47,197 nt of DNA from Macrostomum lignano. Its lineage: Eukaryota. The DNA is taken from contig NIVC01003055.1 of the NCBI GenBank assembly GCA_002269645.1, positions 1 through 47,197 of the forward strand. The letters are read 5' to 3'. Made by a program: the position numbers and the translations under genes. The notes below the pieces were generated by a model. That model worked only from the letters and a program-made list of their open reading frames with translations, did no database searches and was not told where the DNA came from. This document shows, one piece after another, positions 24,011-36,941 of the stretch (its first letter is position 1; each line of letters begins with the position of its first letter).

Positions 24011-27000
24011 CTAGAAAGCGACGCCCCAAGCTCCCTCAGCTGCCCGTTGAAATTCGCCATCCTCATCAGCATCATCGCAGCTGTCCTCATCGCTGGGCCT
24101 GGCCAGCGGCAGTTCGTCAGCTTCAGCCAGCTGTCTGCACACGGCCGGATCCGTGGCGAACAGACTGATTCCAGACTTGTACGCGGCCGGCAGGCACACG
24201 TGATGCGCCCATTTCGGTCGGAAGCCATCGAATCCTTTGTGCTTGAATTCGCGCAGAGTGCAGATTACCTGTTTTAGTGTTTTTTGGGATTTAGCCATTT
24301 TATAGTGTATAGATGCGTTACACCCTACTGACAAGAAAAAGACGCGCATTTATTTGCCGAAGCATAACGAGATACCATCCTTAAATTTTGAACTTTGTCG
24401 CCTGTGAACTTCGTGTCTGTCTGTGAACTTCGTGTCTGCCTGTGAAGTCTGTCTGCCTGTGAACTCTGTGTCTACCTGTGAAGTCTGTGTCTGCCTGTGA
24501 AGTCTGTGTCTGCCTGTGAACTCTGTGTCTGCCTGTGAACTCTGTGTCTGTCTGTGAACTTCGTGTCTGCCTGTGAACTTCGTTTCTGCCTGTGAACTTC
24601 GTGTCTGCCTGTGAACTCTGTGTCTGCCTGTGAACTCTGTGTCTGCCTGTGAACTCTGTGTCTGCCTGTGAACTCTGTGTCTGCCTGTGAACTCTGTGTC
24701 TGCCTGTGAACTCTGTGTCTGCCTGTGAACTCTGTGTCTGCCTGTGAACTCTGTGTCTGCCTGTGAACTCTGTGTCTGCCTGTGAACTTCGTGTCTGCCC
24801 GTGAACTGTCTGCCTGTGAACTCTGTGTCTGCCTGTGAACTCTGTGTCTGCCTGTGAACTCTGTGTCTGCCTGTGAGCTCTGTGTATAGCATAATACACG
24901 TGAAAAAGCTAAGCATTCAGCTCCAACTCTCACCTGCCCCAGCACATTCATGCTGGTCCATCTGGGGTCAGGCTGATTAGCCAAAGGCGTTAAATCGTCG
25001 TTATTAGTCCAGACTTTGCAGACGTCAGCTTTGCGCACTAACAGTACGGATTCGCTGCAGAGCTGGGCGCTTAGACTGGGCCAGGTGAGCAGGCTGTGAG
25101 GATTCGTGAGATGCACACCTATGGGATAAAAGGGGTTTAAGTTTAAATAAATAGACAATAAATTAATTATTAATTATATGAAAAGAATTCTTTTGACGCG
25201 GATAAGGGACTACCAAAACACTGAGGGGTGGAAAAGTGTTATTCGAATATCAGAAGCTGGGATCAGGATATGGGATTAAGATAGAATGTGGGGATCAGAT
25301 CGGGATATTTTAAATCAGGATGTTGCAAACGGGATGTTAGGATTAGGATGCTGGGATTACGACAGTTGGGATCAGGAAAGTTGGGATCAGGATTTTGGAA
25401 TCAGGATGGTTGGGATCAGGACGTTAGGATTAGGACAGGTGGGATTAGGATAGTTGTAATCAGGATAGTTGGGATCAGGATATTTGGGATCAGGATATTT
25501 GGGATCAGGATTTTGGAATCAGGATCATAGTTGGGATCAGGACAGTTGGGATCAGGACAATTGGGATCAGGATAGTTGGGATCAGGGCAGTTGGGATCAG
25601 GATCATAGTTGGGATCAGGACAGTTTGGATCAGGATAGTTTCGATCAGGATAGTTGGGATCAGGACAGTTGGGATCAGGATAGTTAGGATCAGGACAGTT
25701 GGGATCAGGACAGTTGGGATCAGGACAGTTAGGATCAGGACAGTTGGGATTAGGACAGTTGGGATCAGGATAGTTAGGATCAGGACAGTTGGGATTAGGA
25801 CAGTTGGGATCAGGATCAAAGTTGGGATCAGGACAGTTGGGATCAGGATAGTTGGGATCAGGATAGTTGGGATCAGGATAGTTGGGATCAGGACGCGTGT
25901 TTTAGAGCCGCCATATCACCTTCGTGAGTGACGCCGTACACCATCTGGTGATGCCAGGCGTCCGCGACAACGCGAGAACCGTTGCCTCCACCAGCGCCAG
26001 CAGCTGTAGTGGCGGCGGCGGCGTCGGCAGACGGAGAGGCGGCACCGGTAGAGACGGCAGCGCCGCCAATCACCTGAGGATTGAGCGTCAGTATGGCAAC
26101 GGCGCCCCGACGCATCCAGTCGGATAGCCAGCGATGCAAGCCGTTTCTGCCTGGCAGGTTGGTTATATCAGGTTAGAGTGTGGGATCAGAGTGTGGGATC
26201 ATGAGAACGTAGTTTGAGGATTCAGAATGTGGGAACAGTGAATTAGATAGAATGAACAGAGTATGGGATTAGGGTGTGGGATCATAAATTGCAGTGTGAG
26301 CTCAGAGTGTGGGATCAGAGTGTGAGATCAGAGTGTGAGATCAGAGTGTGAGATCAGAGTGTGAGATCAGAGTGTGGTATCAGAGTGTGAGATCAGAGTG
26401 TTGGATCAGTGTGAGCTCAGAGTGTGAGCTCAGAGTGTGAGATCAGAGTGTGAGATCAGAGTGTGAGATCAGAGTGTTGGATCAGTGTGAGCTCAGAGTG
26501 TGAGATCAGAGTGTGAGATCAGAGTGTGAGATCAGAGTGTGAGATCAGAGTGTGAGATCAGAGTGTTGGATCAGTGTGAGCTCAGAGTGTGAGATCAGAG
26601 TGTTGGATCAGTGTGAGCTCAGAGTGTGAGATCAGAGTGTGAGATCAGAGTGTTGGATCAGTGTGAGCTCAGAGTGTGAGATCAGAGTGTGAGATCAGAG
26701 TGTTGGATCAGTGTGAGCTCAGAGTGTGAGATCAGAGTGTGAGATCAGAGTGTTGAATCAGTGTGAGCTCAGAGTGTGAGATCAGAGTGTGAGATCAGAG
26801 TGTTGGATCAGTGTAAGCTCAGAGTGTGAGATCAGAGTGTGAGATCAGAGTGTTGGATCAGTGTGAGCTCAGAGTGTGAGATCAGAGTGTGAGATCAGAG
26901 TGTTGAATCAGTGTGAGCTCAGAGTGTGAGATCAGAGTGTGAGATCAGAGTGTTGGATCAGTGTGAGCTCAGAGTGTGGTATCAGAGTGTGAGATCAGAG

Positions 27001-29502
27001 TGTTGGATCAGTGTGAGCTCACAGTGTGGTATCAGAGTGTTGGATCAGTGTGAGCTCACAGTGTGGTATCAGAGTGTGAGATCAGAGTGTTGGATCAGTG
27101 TGGGATTAATGTGAGATCAGAGTGTGGGAATCCTAGTGTGGGATCCTACTAACCTGGCAGCTTCCTCCTTGGATGGCAGGCAAAGAACCTTGCCCGCACT
27201 CGGCCGTTAGTGAACCGCTGCACTCCGTCAATCAAGTCCTGGGCTGTGGTGCCAGCCCGCGCCCTGGACAGCAAGTAGGCGGTCAGGCCGGCATTGTGTA
27301 CTCGAAGCGAAGCCGGCACAGCGGCAGACAGCTCCACTGGATCGACATCAATGCCCAGCGCTTTCATTGCGCAGATAAGTGCAGCCGGACCGCACGAACT
27401 CGGACCCAGTTTACCAACGCCGCTGGCTCCTCCGCTTCCTAGCAACTGTAGCTCGACGTGCTGCGCTTCGGTTGGACTCCACAGCCAGTACTGCGATCGG
27501 CTGGTATCGGCCGCCTCTTTTCTTCTGCTGCTGAAGCGTTGCTGCTGCTGCTGTTGCTCATGCTGTCTCGGCTGCTTTGGCGCCGTTGCGGCGCTTAAAT
27601 TATTAATACCAGCTGCGACAGTAGCGGCGGCGCCAGTGTCATTGGCTGCGCTTGGCGCCGTGGTGCTACTGCCGCCTCCGCCGCCGCCGCTGCTGAGGTC
27701 ATTCAAATAGTCGAGTCCCTGCCAGATGTTGGCGGTTGGGGCGGCGGTGGCGGGGAAGTCGGAAGACGTGGTGGCGGTGGCAGATGCCGCGTTTGCTGCG
27801 GCTGCAGAGGCGGCTGCTGCTGCTACGGCTGCGGCGTTGGCGGCGGCGGCAGCTGATAATGCCATGGCCATTGTTAGCGGTTCGGCTGAGTACCGGTCGT
27901 AGCCCAGGGCTGCTGCGGGAATAATTGTTAGTCTTTGTAACGAATCACCCCATGAGAGTCTGAGACTTGCCCCAATGTCAAGATCTTCCCCCTGAGAGTC
28001 TGAGACTTGCCCCAATGTCAAGAATCTTCCCCCTGAGAGTCTGAGACTTGCCCCAGCCCCAATGTCAAGAATTTTCCCCCTGAGGGTCTGAGATTTGCAC
28101 CAATGTCAAGAATCTCCCTCTGAGAGTCTGAGACTTGCTCCAATGCCAAGAATCTCCCCTGAGAGTTTGAGACTTGTCCCAACGTCAAGAATCTTCCCCC
28201 TGAGAGTCTGAGACTTGTCCCAACGTCAAGAATCCCCCCACTGAGAGTCTGAGACTTGTCCCAACGCCAAAAATCCTTCACTAAGAGTCTGACTTGCCTC
28301 AATATTCACAATATCAAGAATCTCCCCCTGAGAGTCTGAGACTTGCTCCAATGCCAAGAATCTCCCCTGAGAGTTTGAGACTTGTCCCAACGTCAAGAAT
28401 CCCCCCACTGAGAGTCTGAGACTTGTCCCAACGTCAAGAATCCCCCAACTGAGAGTCTGAGACTTGTCCCAACGCCAAAAATCCTTCACTAAGAGTCTGA
28501 CTTGCCTCAATATTCACAATATCAAGAATCTCCCCCTGAGAGTCTGAGACTTGCTCCAATGCCAAGAATCTCCCCTGAGAGTTTGAGACTTGTCCCAACG
28601 TCAAGAATCCCCCCACTGAGAGTCTGAGACTTGTCCCAACGTCAAGAATCCCCCAACTGAGAGTCTGAGACTTGTCCCAACGTCAAGAATCCCCCCACTG
28701 AGAGTCTGAGACTTGTCCCAACGTCAAGAATCCCCCAACTGAGAGTCTGAGACTTGTACCAACGTCAGGAACCCCTTCCCCACTAAGATTCTGACTTGCC
28801 CTAATATTCACAATATCAAGAATCTAGCCCATGAGAGTCTGAGACTTGCCCCAATGTCAAGAACCAATGCCAGCCCACTAAAACAGCGGCAGACTCACCA
28901 TCTCCCAGACCGCCAACATTGTCATTCTCATCCGATGTATCCACGTGCTCGTCAATCTCAGCATCTGCAGACCCTAACGCAGCGGCATCATGGCCCGTCA
29001 CATTGTTACCGTGCCTGCTGACTAACTCAACAACACCCGCCCCACCAGCGGCACCAGCATTATCATCCTCATTATCTTCATCTTCGGCTCCATTAACATC
29101 GATATCGATAAAATCTCCCATAGCTTCGGTGACAGGTCCCTGCTGATTGGCTAACAAGGCTCCTGCTGCTGCTGCACCCGCAGCCGCTGCGGGACCCCCC
29201 ATGGCGTTGTTGGCTCTGGCAGCGACGGCATTCCTCACGGGACCCGCAGCGCCGCCTACAGCCGCCGGCTCCCTGCCATGCTCTTGACCATCTAGCAGCT
29301 CCTGGCGCGGATTGGCAGGACGCCAAACTAGAACGGCCTCCTCATCTAGACTGTTGTTATCATCGTCTGACAGGTTGGCGGCATCATTGTCCTGATCGTT
29401 GCCATGGGCAACAGCCATCACTGCTCGCTGGGGGGACTGCTGTCTATCAGTAGCATTGAACTGTTGTTGCAAGAAATTCATATGTTGAGCATTGGGCATC
29501 AA
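24011..29502 (-). CDS. Uncharacterised protein with a long acidic/Ala-rich low-complexity N-terminus and a C39/papain-like peptidase-type C-terminal domain; 5 exons, about 678 aa
   Basis: Exons 29502-28899, 27912-27154, 26150-25920, 25118-24934 and 24268-24011 have GT-AG junctions that join into one frame (phases 1,1,1,0). Motifs: GPSSCGPAAL, SRARAGTTAQDLIDGV, WMRRGAVAILTLNPQ, DAWHHQMVYGV, HLTNP, QLCSESVLLVR, MNVLGQV, LPAAYKSGISLF. The start codon is uncertain. Confidence 0.75.
24395..24885. repeat. 19-bp minisatellite (CTGTGAACTCTGTGTCTGC) in intron 4 of the peptidase-like gene
   Basis: About 25 tandem units. Confidence 0.95.
25255..25890. repeat. 15-bp minisatellite (GGGATCAGGACAGTT) in intron 3 of the peptidase-like gene
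   Basis: Tandem units, more degenerate toward the low-coordinate edge. Confidence 0.95.
26290..27130. repeat. 13-bp minisatellite (GTGAGATCAGAGT) with a ~50-bp higher-order unit, in intron 2 of the peptidase-like gene
   Basis: A 13+13+11+13 pattern repeats from ~26580 to ~27000. Confidence 0.9.
27950..28860. repeat. 39-40-bp minisatellite (TGAGAGTCTGAGACTTGTCCCAACGTCAAGAATCCCCCAC) with a ~208-bp higher-order duplication, in intron 1 of the peptidase-like gene
   Basis: Tandem units are visible. Spurious ORFs recur at 208-nt offsets (28018, 28226, 28434). Confidence 0.9.
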
Positions 29503-30074
29503 CAGAGGTTTTATAATAGTTTCCTAGTTTAATGTTAATTATAATCCATTAGAGCTACTATACACAGTATATGCAACCTCACACAGCTGTGCAACTTAGT
29601 TTTTCACCAAAAATTTAACATACCACAATTTTAATTCACCCTTTGAATGTGACTCTTATTAACATATAATTACATTTAGCCTTTAGCTTCAGACTTTGAT
29701 TTTGCAAAAATTGAACTAAACTTTTTTATCATGGCTAGTTGTAATTTGCTCTATATTTCATGTTGTTATTTAAATTAAAATACAAATTGCAAAATCGTGG
29801 AGCATTTAAGTGAAAAAGTTTGTTGCCTAGTTCAACCACCTTTTGAAGTGTTTTATTTGAGTCTAAATAAGTCATAAGCAATAAAAACATGAGCATGAAT
29901 GTGTAAAAGAGTAACTATAGTTTATATTTACTAGTATTACCAAGTATCTAGTTTGTAACAAAATGGATAACAGCTGTTTGTAACTTTTGGTATCAATCTT
30001 ATAAATTCATTGAAAGTTCCATCAAAAGTATAATTGCCATTAATTACTTGTTTTATGTCTTAGTAGTTGTAGAT

Positions 30075-30443
30075 CAGGGGTCAGCAATATTTTCAGAGCA
30101 AGGGCAAAATAGTCAAATTTTCAAAGGCTTAGAGGCCAATAATATAGAACTAAAAAACCATTAAAATTCCCTCACTGCAAAAAAACTGTCTTTTTCTTTT
30201 TTTCTCACTCTAATCCTAATAACCACCCCTTTGGAAACATTTAGACATACAGCCAATCTACTTTCTCCCACAGAAGGCCACCATAGGATAGGGATTATAA
30301 AGGCAAAAGCAAGAGAAAATTAAGTGAAAGCTCAGGGGGTGGATGCAATTCTAGATCATCAAGGGCCTTGGGGGCTAGATTAGAAGGCTTTGTTTGGGGA
30401 GGGGGGCAGATCTGGCCCTAGGGCTAGAGGTTGCTGACCCTTG
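30075..30443. mobile_element. Non-autonomous hAT-type MITE (degenerate)
   Basis: The termini CAGGGGTCAGCAA... and ...TTGCTGACCCTTG are inverted repeats. They are flanked by TTGTAGAT and TTGTAAAT, a 7/8 match to an 8-bp TSD. Confidence 0.7.
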
Positions 30444-31210
30444 TTGTAAATAATGATTCAAAAAATAAATAAAAGTATAGTGAATTAATTGCAAACTTAA
30501 TAATACAATTATGTGGCCTACAAATACAAGCTTATAAGCCCTATTGGAAGAAGATAACAAATTGCAGATAGCCATCTGTCATATTTTCAATATTTTCTAG
30601 TGTTACTAAAATTACTTTGAATATAGTTTTAGAATTTTTAATTTATTTTCTAGGTTTTCGCATAGATCATTTATCTATTTTTTGCCATGTTTTATTGTTT
30701 TTTTAATTGTAAATTATTATGTCATGCTGCACTTTTTTCATTCTTTTGACTTGTGTATTGCATATTTGGGCTACTTGCCTTATTTATTCACTTGCCTTAA
30801 TTTGGGCTAACTGACTTAAGATATTTATTAAACTAAAAAAGCTTTTTTAAATAGAAGAATCTTTTCAGTGAATAAATAGGTATAGGTGTTTCTTGTTTTC
30901 TATTTTGGTTTACATTTTTACCATATGCCAGTGCAATGGCATACAAATTTACTATGGCATAAGTATTTTGATATACTGGATATATACTGCCAAGCATATT
31001 TTAGGTCCACTGTATATATGCTAGAATTTTCTTTCTTCTAGAATGCTAGAATGGTAGAAGATTTGAAAGTGGGATAATAGGCTATATTCATTTTACAAAG
31101 CCTTTCTAGTTAGCTCTCAAGTCCTATAAAACTTCACAATAATAATCCCACCCTTTAAATATTTATATCACTTCTTAGCATTCTTTCTTTCTCTTTTCTT
31201 TATTACATTG

Positions 31211-31282
<72 letters not shown>
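31211..31282. repeat. (TC)n microsatellite
   Basis: Directly visible. Confidence 0.95.
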
Positions 31283-31286
<4 letters not shown>

Positions 31287-32349
31287 CTCTTACTTTTTTC
31301 TTAGTCTTATCTCTTTTTTCCTTTTATCTCCTATACCTGGCTTTACCTAGAGAATACAAAATCTCAAATTTTGCCAATCCTGGGATCTCAATAAAAGGTT
31401 TCTAATCTTTGTTGGTACAATTTTGGCTTACAAAGCTATCTAACCTGATTTTAAATGGCATTTAATAATAAAGTAGAAAAGAATAAAAGATTTTGCAAAC
31501 AAGAAACTGACAATAAGCTCTGAATTGGAGTGTGATATACAGGCTGATATCTTAGACATGCTTTTTTATATGCCAATATTAGCTCAGGAAAATCACACTT
31601 AATTGTATTATAACCTAGGGAATGATAGCTTAGAGCTATGGCCCAAGGTACTGATAACAGGGTAGAAGTGGATCAGACTTAGACTTCACCTTCCCAGGGG
31701 CATCTATCCTAGATAGAAAATTGGTAGCTTAGGTTGTGGTCTAGTAACAAGGTCCTACTGTTCTAATCCCAACTATGGCCAAGGAGTTTTGAAGGTATCT
31801 ATAAGCACTAGAAGTGAAAAAGAAAACAATGGTCTCTTCTCTTCTCAACTAGTTCTATCTAGCCAGACCAGCTTTACACTGAAGGACAGATGGCAAAGCT
31901 GAGGTTTGAAGGCCAAGCCAGCAGCCTACAAATGTGTGACACAGTAGATTTGCAGCAATGCTTTGGCAGTGATATGGTTGCCTAATAACTGGATAGAGAA
32001 AATTGCTTTGAGCAATAACCCTGCCCTGCTCAAACTATGCATTGCTTTTCATTTTATCAATTAAACCAGTTTGCTTGCTTGACCATAATATACATTGTCT
32101 TAAATAATTTGCGAGACAGAGATTTAGAGATGTGAGCCTCACACTCATAATAGGACCCTTAGAAGCTAGTGTATTAAAGTTTTTCTGACTTGTGAGTAGA
32201 TAGCAGGAATAAAAACTGTTATAGCATTGATTTCCTAAAGTACATAATCTCTCTAACACATTTTCTAACACCCTGTCTACTACCCATTCCAACTTCTGTC
32301 ATCATCTTTATATTGCATGCTAGGCATCTAAAGGGTCTCTTGACAATGC

Positions 32350-34530
32350 TAAAAATGAGGTCTTTTGCATAGAGCCTAACCAGGATAGGAAAAATCTGAT
32401 TGGGCAGAATCAGGCTGGATTGAATTCATAAAAGTTGGGACTTGGGATTGGCTGGGATTGGGATCAATATTTACCATTGGTATCCAGGCTTATTTAGGTA
32501 TATGATGGCTAATTAAGGGTCCATTTACTATTATAATATATAGGCACATGTAATTATTAGTAGTCAAGTGATATTACTATACTAGCCTAACTTGTAGTTT
32601 AGTATAAGTTAATACTACTAGATCATAGAGCCTAGACAAACTCAGGTTTTGGTCAAGTCAAGTATTTGACTGAACTTTGGGAGTTCATGCTGAGTATTCA
32701 AGTCAAGTTTTGTTGAGCAGTCGAGTAGAAAAAAATTCAGTAGTTAATGAATTTCAAACCTCCACCTATTTGACTATTGTTATATTTTTGCACTTAACTT
32801 TATAATTTTCATTTTGTTAGTATTTCCAATAATTAAAGATCATCAAATAGCACTTTTAGCAAAAAATTGGGCTTTTCAATTACTTTTGGTTTGAGTAAGT
32901 TGATTGAATCATTTAAGTTAAGATATTCTAGGAAATCAAAATAACCTTGAAGACTTGAACTAAATAAATGAATCAATTTGGCATATGTAATATGTAGTGA
33001 TCCACTAGTTTGGTGTTAGGTGTTGCACTATTGTCAGCAGCTTCCTTTGCCCTTGCCTTCGCCCTGGGTTGCTGTCTGCCGCTAGGTAGCCTCCCTCCCC
33101 TTTTGCTGCCTGTTCTCTGGCATCCCTTCTCTTCTCTACACTCTTTCTTGCTTGTAGCCACCAGCTTCTCTGTTGTGACCTGCTCTGTGGTTTGTTCCTA
33201 TCCTGAGGTCACACTGGTAGTCTGTTCCCTTGTCATATGAGCAAGTCACATGACAAGTCTTGTTTTCTCAAAGTCCTAAAGTGCAGTAAATATGTTTATT
33301 GCACTTGTTGGCCCATGTTTACAGGAGGAATCACATGCTTCGGGGCCCTTGCCTTCTCTAAGGTAACATGTGGCTCATGTTTCTAAAAATAGATACTGAG
33401 TCATGTGGCCCTATGTACTTTACCCGCGCAGACCTTGCCTTCTCTAAGGAGAAGGGTGACATCAGTTCTAAAAATAGAACTGAGTCACAAGGTCCAGCTC
33501 ACACTGGCACAACAGGGATTTCTTGCCTATAAATATGTGCTCCTCTCCCTTGGTTCAGTCAAGGGGCCTTTTCATATTACCAATTCTAGAACCAGAATCG
33601 GTTTGGAGTTCCAAGAAAAACAGCAGTATATATTAAACTCTATTAATATTTGACTGCCTTAACAGCCTCACTTTGCACAATTTTTGACTTTCTTCTTGGC
33701 GATTGTCATTCAATAATAAAAACTTTATAGCACATATCTTCCTCTAGTTATGTAGAAAAAAAGGTATACTTTACAAATTGGTTCTGGTTCTAGAACCAGA
33801 CCAGAACAAGCAATATGAAAAGGCCCAAAGATTCATATTCTTTTTTGTATTCTTTTTTGTCTTTTTAGTCTTTCTTCTTGTTGTTTTTCTTTAGTCTAGT
33901 TTTTAGACTTTGTTCAGTTGCCCATTTAAGCTATCTGTAATTGGCCTGACTAAACTTAGATGCTCAAACCTAAGGGAGGCTAGAACTGCCCTCCTAGCCA
34001 CCCCCTGAGCCTGACCTGATCTGCTGACCAGGACGCCTTGTTCATTAATCTGCAAATCTGCACGCTATGCTGAGTTTGTTGACTTGTTTATTTTGTTCCA
34101 ATAAGAGGCTCACCTCACCAAAGACCAAGACCTAAAGGAACTGGTGGCAGCATTACCTATACTACTAAGAGCCAAGAAGGCTTCCAACAGAAGAGGCTCA
34201 AGACTTAAGGTGAACTTAGATGCCTAAACCAGGAAGCTAATGACGTCTACTTCATTGGTGGCAATGGTAGGATTCAGACTTACTAGAAAGACTTACCCCA
34301 AGATAACCCTAAGTACTTCATATACTTGCCTTATTTAGTCCTTTCAAAATTGCTTCTAAATGATTTTTAGGGTATACTTAAAATACAAAAAACTTTTTAT
34401 AAATTATAATCCTCCCCAACTTTTCCCAACTCTTAACTTACTCCCGACATGATCAGAAATCTGAAAAAACAACTGGGTCCCGACCAAGTCAGGATTGGGA
34501 TCAGAATCCTAGACAGCTCTACTTTTGCAT
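32350..34530. mobile_element. Patchwork of heavily decayed DNA-transposon/MITE remnants
   Basis: Degenerate short-repeat termini such as GATTGGGATCAGAATCCTAGACAGCTCTA, GTCAAGTCAAGTATTTGAC and CTAGAACCAGA. No ORF, and boundaries are uncertain. Confidence 0.35.
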
Positions 34531-36013
34531 AAGGGGCTTCTAATCTGTGCAAGGTCAAGACCCCTTGATTTTAGCTAGGTTTGAAATGAAGGAGAGTTTC
34601 AATAAACAATCATTTGACTCCTATTTGGCTAGCACCATTGCTACAATTGGAAACAATGAGAGATTGGCTTCTATTGCTTTAGTAGGCTTTCTGCATATAT
34701 AGATTTTAGGATAATAATTATATTATTCTGCATGTAACTTAATTAGACAGCTGCATATATATTTTTACATTTAAAATCTCTTTACAATCTGCCAATAGCT
34801 TCAGCTTTGTATCACTGCAATCCTAGCCTTTTTACTAAAGCCTATAGGCCCTTAAATATATAAGGGTTGTTTGGAAAGTCTGCGACCAAACATGCATATC
34901 TTTTTTTGAGTCACTACTTTGTCTTGAAACTTTATAACATAGACAAATATCATACCCTGAATATTTTAAATCAATAGTGGTCTTGTTTGAGCCAGGAATT
35001 TCCTTTTTGCAGTGTTTTTAGTCACACACAAATTCTATCACTATGCTGAATAATGAAGAAGCAAAGCAAAGTGTCATTTGGTTTTTGTGGAAACAAGGAA
35101 AGCAACAGGCAGAAATTCTTTGCGAGTTGCAAGCAACGTATGGTGAATATGCACCATCAAAAACAATGGTCAACAAGTGGGTGCAACGTTTTGAAGACGG
35201 CTGGGAGACAGTCGATGACCTTCCATGGAGTGGCCGGCAGTGTTGCTACAGGCATTTGAAAAAAAATAGACGCAGCCGATAAAAAAAACGCAGGCAGTAC
35301 TAAAAACTATAATGAAGCTCAGAACTACTCTATTGTACATTCATGCCTCTGCCCTGCCTATGTGGGTGTGCTCTGTGTTTTTGCATATGTACACGGCACC
35401 GTGTAAAGCAACAATTTTCTTAACAAATCCGAAGCCTGCTGTCCTTAATTTTTAGATGCGAACTGCTAGTACATTACATGTTAGATGCCAGTCAGTAGCT
35501 AATACAAGTATTAAGAAGCTGTTCTCGAGTTGCACAACTGCAGGCTGTACCCTTGTCTGTTGAGCAAATAATGATGAACGACATCAAGGAGTTCGAGGAA
35601 CAAATTTACATTGCACTATTAGTAGAATACAGAGAAATGATCTAGGCCCTGAAACATCCTAGCACTGTGCCCTGGACATACAACTATACTGTATAAATGC
35701 ACACAAGTGACTAGCAGCCCTAGGATGATTAACAACAAGATACATTAGCAACGAAACATGTTCTTATATCTAATGCATAATAGAAAATCACGACGATGCT
35801 GAGCAATACGATAGTAAAAAGGCTGAGAGTACATCAGTACATTTTATTCCAAAATCAACACGGCTACCAGCCAACCAGCAGATGTCATAAATGGTCTCAT
35901 GCAAAAATTTATGTATTTCCTCTTTAATCAGCAGCGGCCAGCGAGTGCACAAAAATTGGCCGATGGATATTGGCTAACAGACAAACTAGGATACGCAACT
36001 TATCCTGCACTTA

Positions 36014-36374
36014 TTGGGTTGTCCAGAAAGTTCTGTCCGATTTTTTCACATGGTCTAACTTCCTTATACTAAAACTTACTTATCTATTATCCATTGTTGT
36101 TCATATTTGCCTATTAGCAATACATGATACTCACCTTTCTACCACCACCTGCATCTAACTGAAAGTTGCTTCTTTCCAGCAAAGAATGGCACATGATAAT
36201 GAGCACCTTTTGCACTGCTTGCTCTATCTATCTATTCCGCGCCATTGACCGGCATCTGCAAGGCAAGAGCTTCAACAACGAACTGGCCCTCATCTCGGAG
36301 ATCGGCAACTTTTTCGACTCGACGAACATTTGTATAAAAAAATGGACAGAACTTTCTAGACATTGGACAACCTA
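36014..36374 (+). mobile_element. Internally deleted mariner-like element (MITE) nested inside the hAT element
   Basis: TA-flanked TIRs TTGGGTTGTCCAGAAAGTTCTGTCC and GGACAGAACTTTCT(agacat)TGGACAACCTA. The interior encodes LFRAIDRHLQGKSFNNE...IGNFFDS, like a mariner transposase C-terminus. Confidence 0.75.
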
Positions 36375-36941
36375 TACATATAAGAGCGACAGTGAGTACG
36401 TATACGTGCAATATGTGTATCTCGATCGATGGCCGATGCAAACATACATGGAAACAGCACGACAACAACAATGCAACAACTTGAAGAATAAATGTAAAAA
36501 TTCATGTCATCTGTTACTCTTTCAGTTCTCACTGTCTCTACCCTCTCAGTCACTCAAAGAGCAAGATTGCGAGCATAGCTGTTCGTAATAAAATGCATGT
36601 AAAATAAAACTGATGCCTAGATCATGCCTGGATGCATCTTTGTTGCAAACCCTGTATCCCCATATGCAGTGTTTGGCAAAGTTCATTTTTGGAAAAGTTC
36701 AATTCATTTTTACAATGATATTGAAAGAATAGCAGAATGAGATCATTTTTAACTGTTTGGCAGTAGAATGAGGTAAATAAATGGTTGTTACTCGAGCATG
36801 ACTGACCAAGTAGGAAATGCCCTTGCATAAAGTTCAAAAGTTTGTTGTACGAAAGTTCCTTTTTCGTGAACTTGCCCAACACTGCCTATCTATTTATGTC
36901 TATGTAAGCCCAAAAATCATTGTTACCAAAAGTTACCGGCG

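Noticed and set aside
25255-25890. G-rich GGGATTAGG/GGGATCAGG array resembling telomeric repeat
   Set aside because: The unit is 15 bp rather than TTAGGG, and it lies inside an intron.
14054-28616. Many long repetitive ORFs (SVCL, SALYLSDPL, SVAGPASQ, FISVLLDKAGV, HRQTQSSQAD, WDQDS, LTLGQVSDSQG)
   Set aside because: They are translations of intronic or intergenic minisatellites, are broken by unit-length changes, and lie inside well-supported introns.
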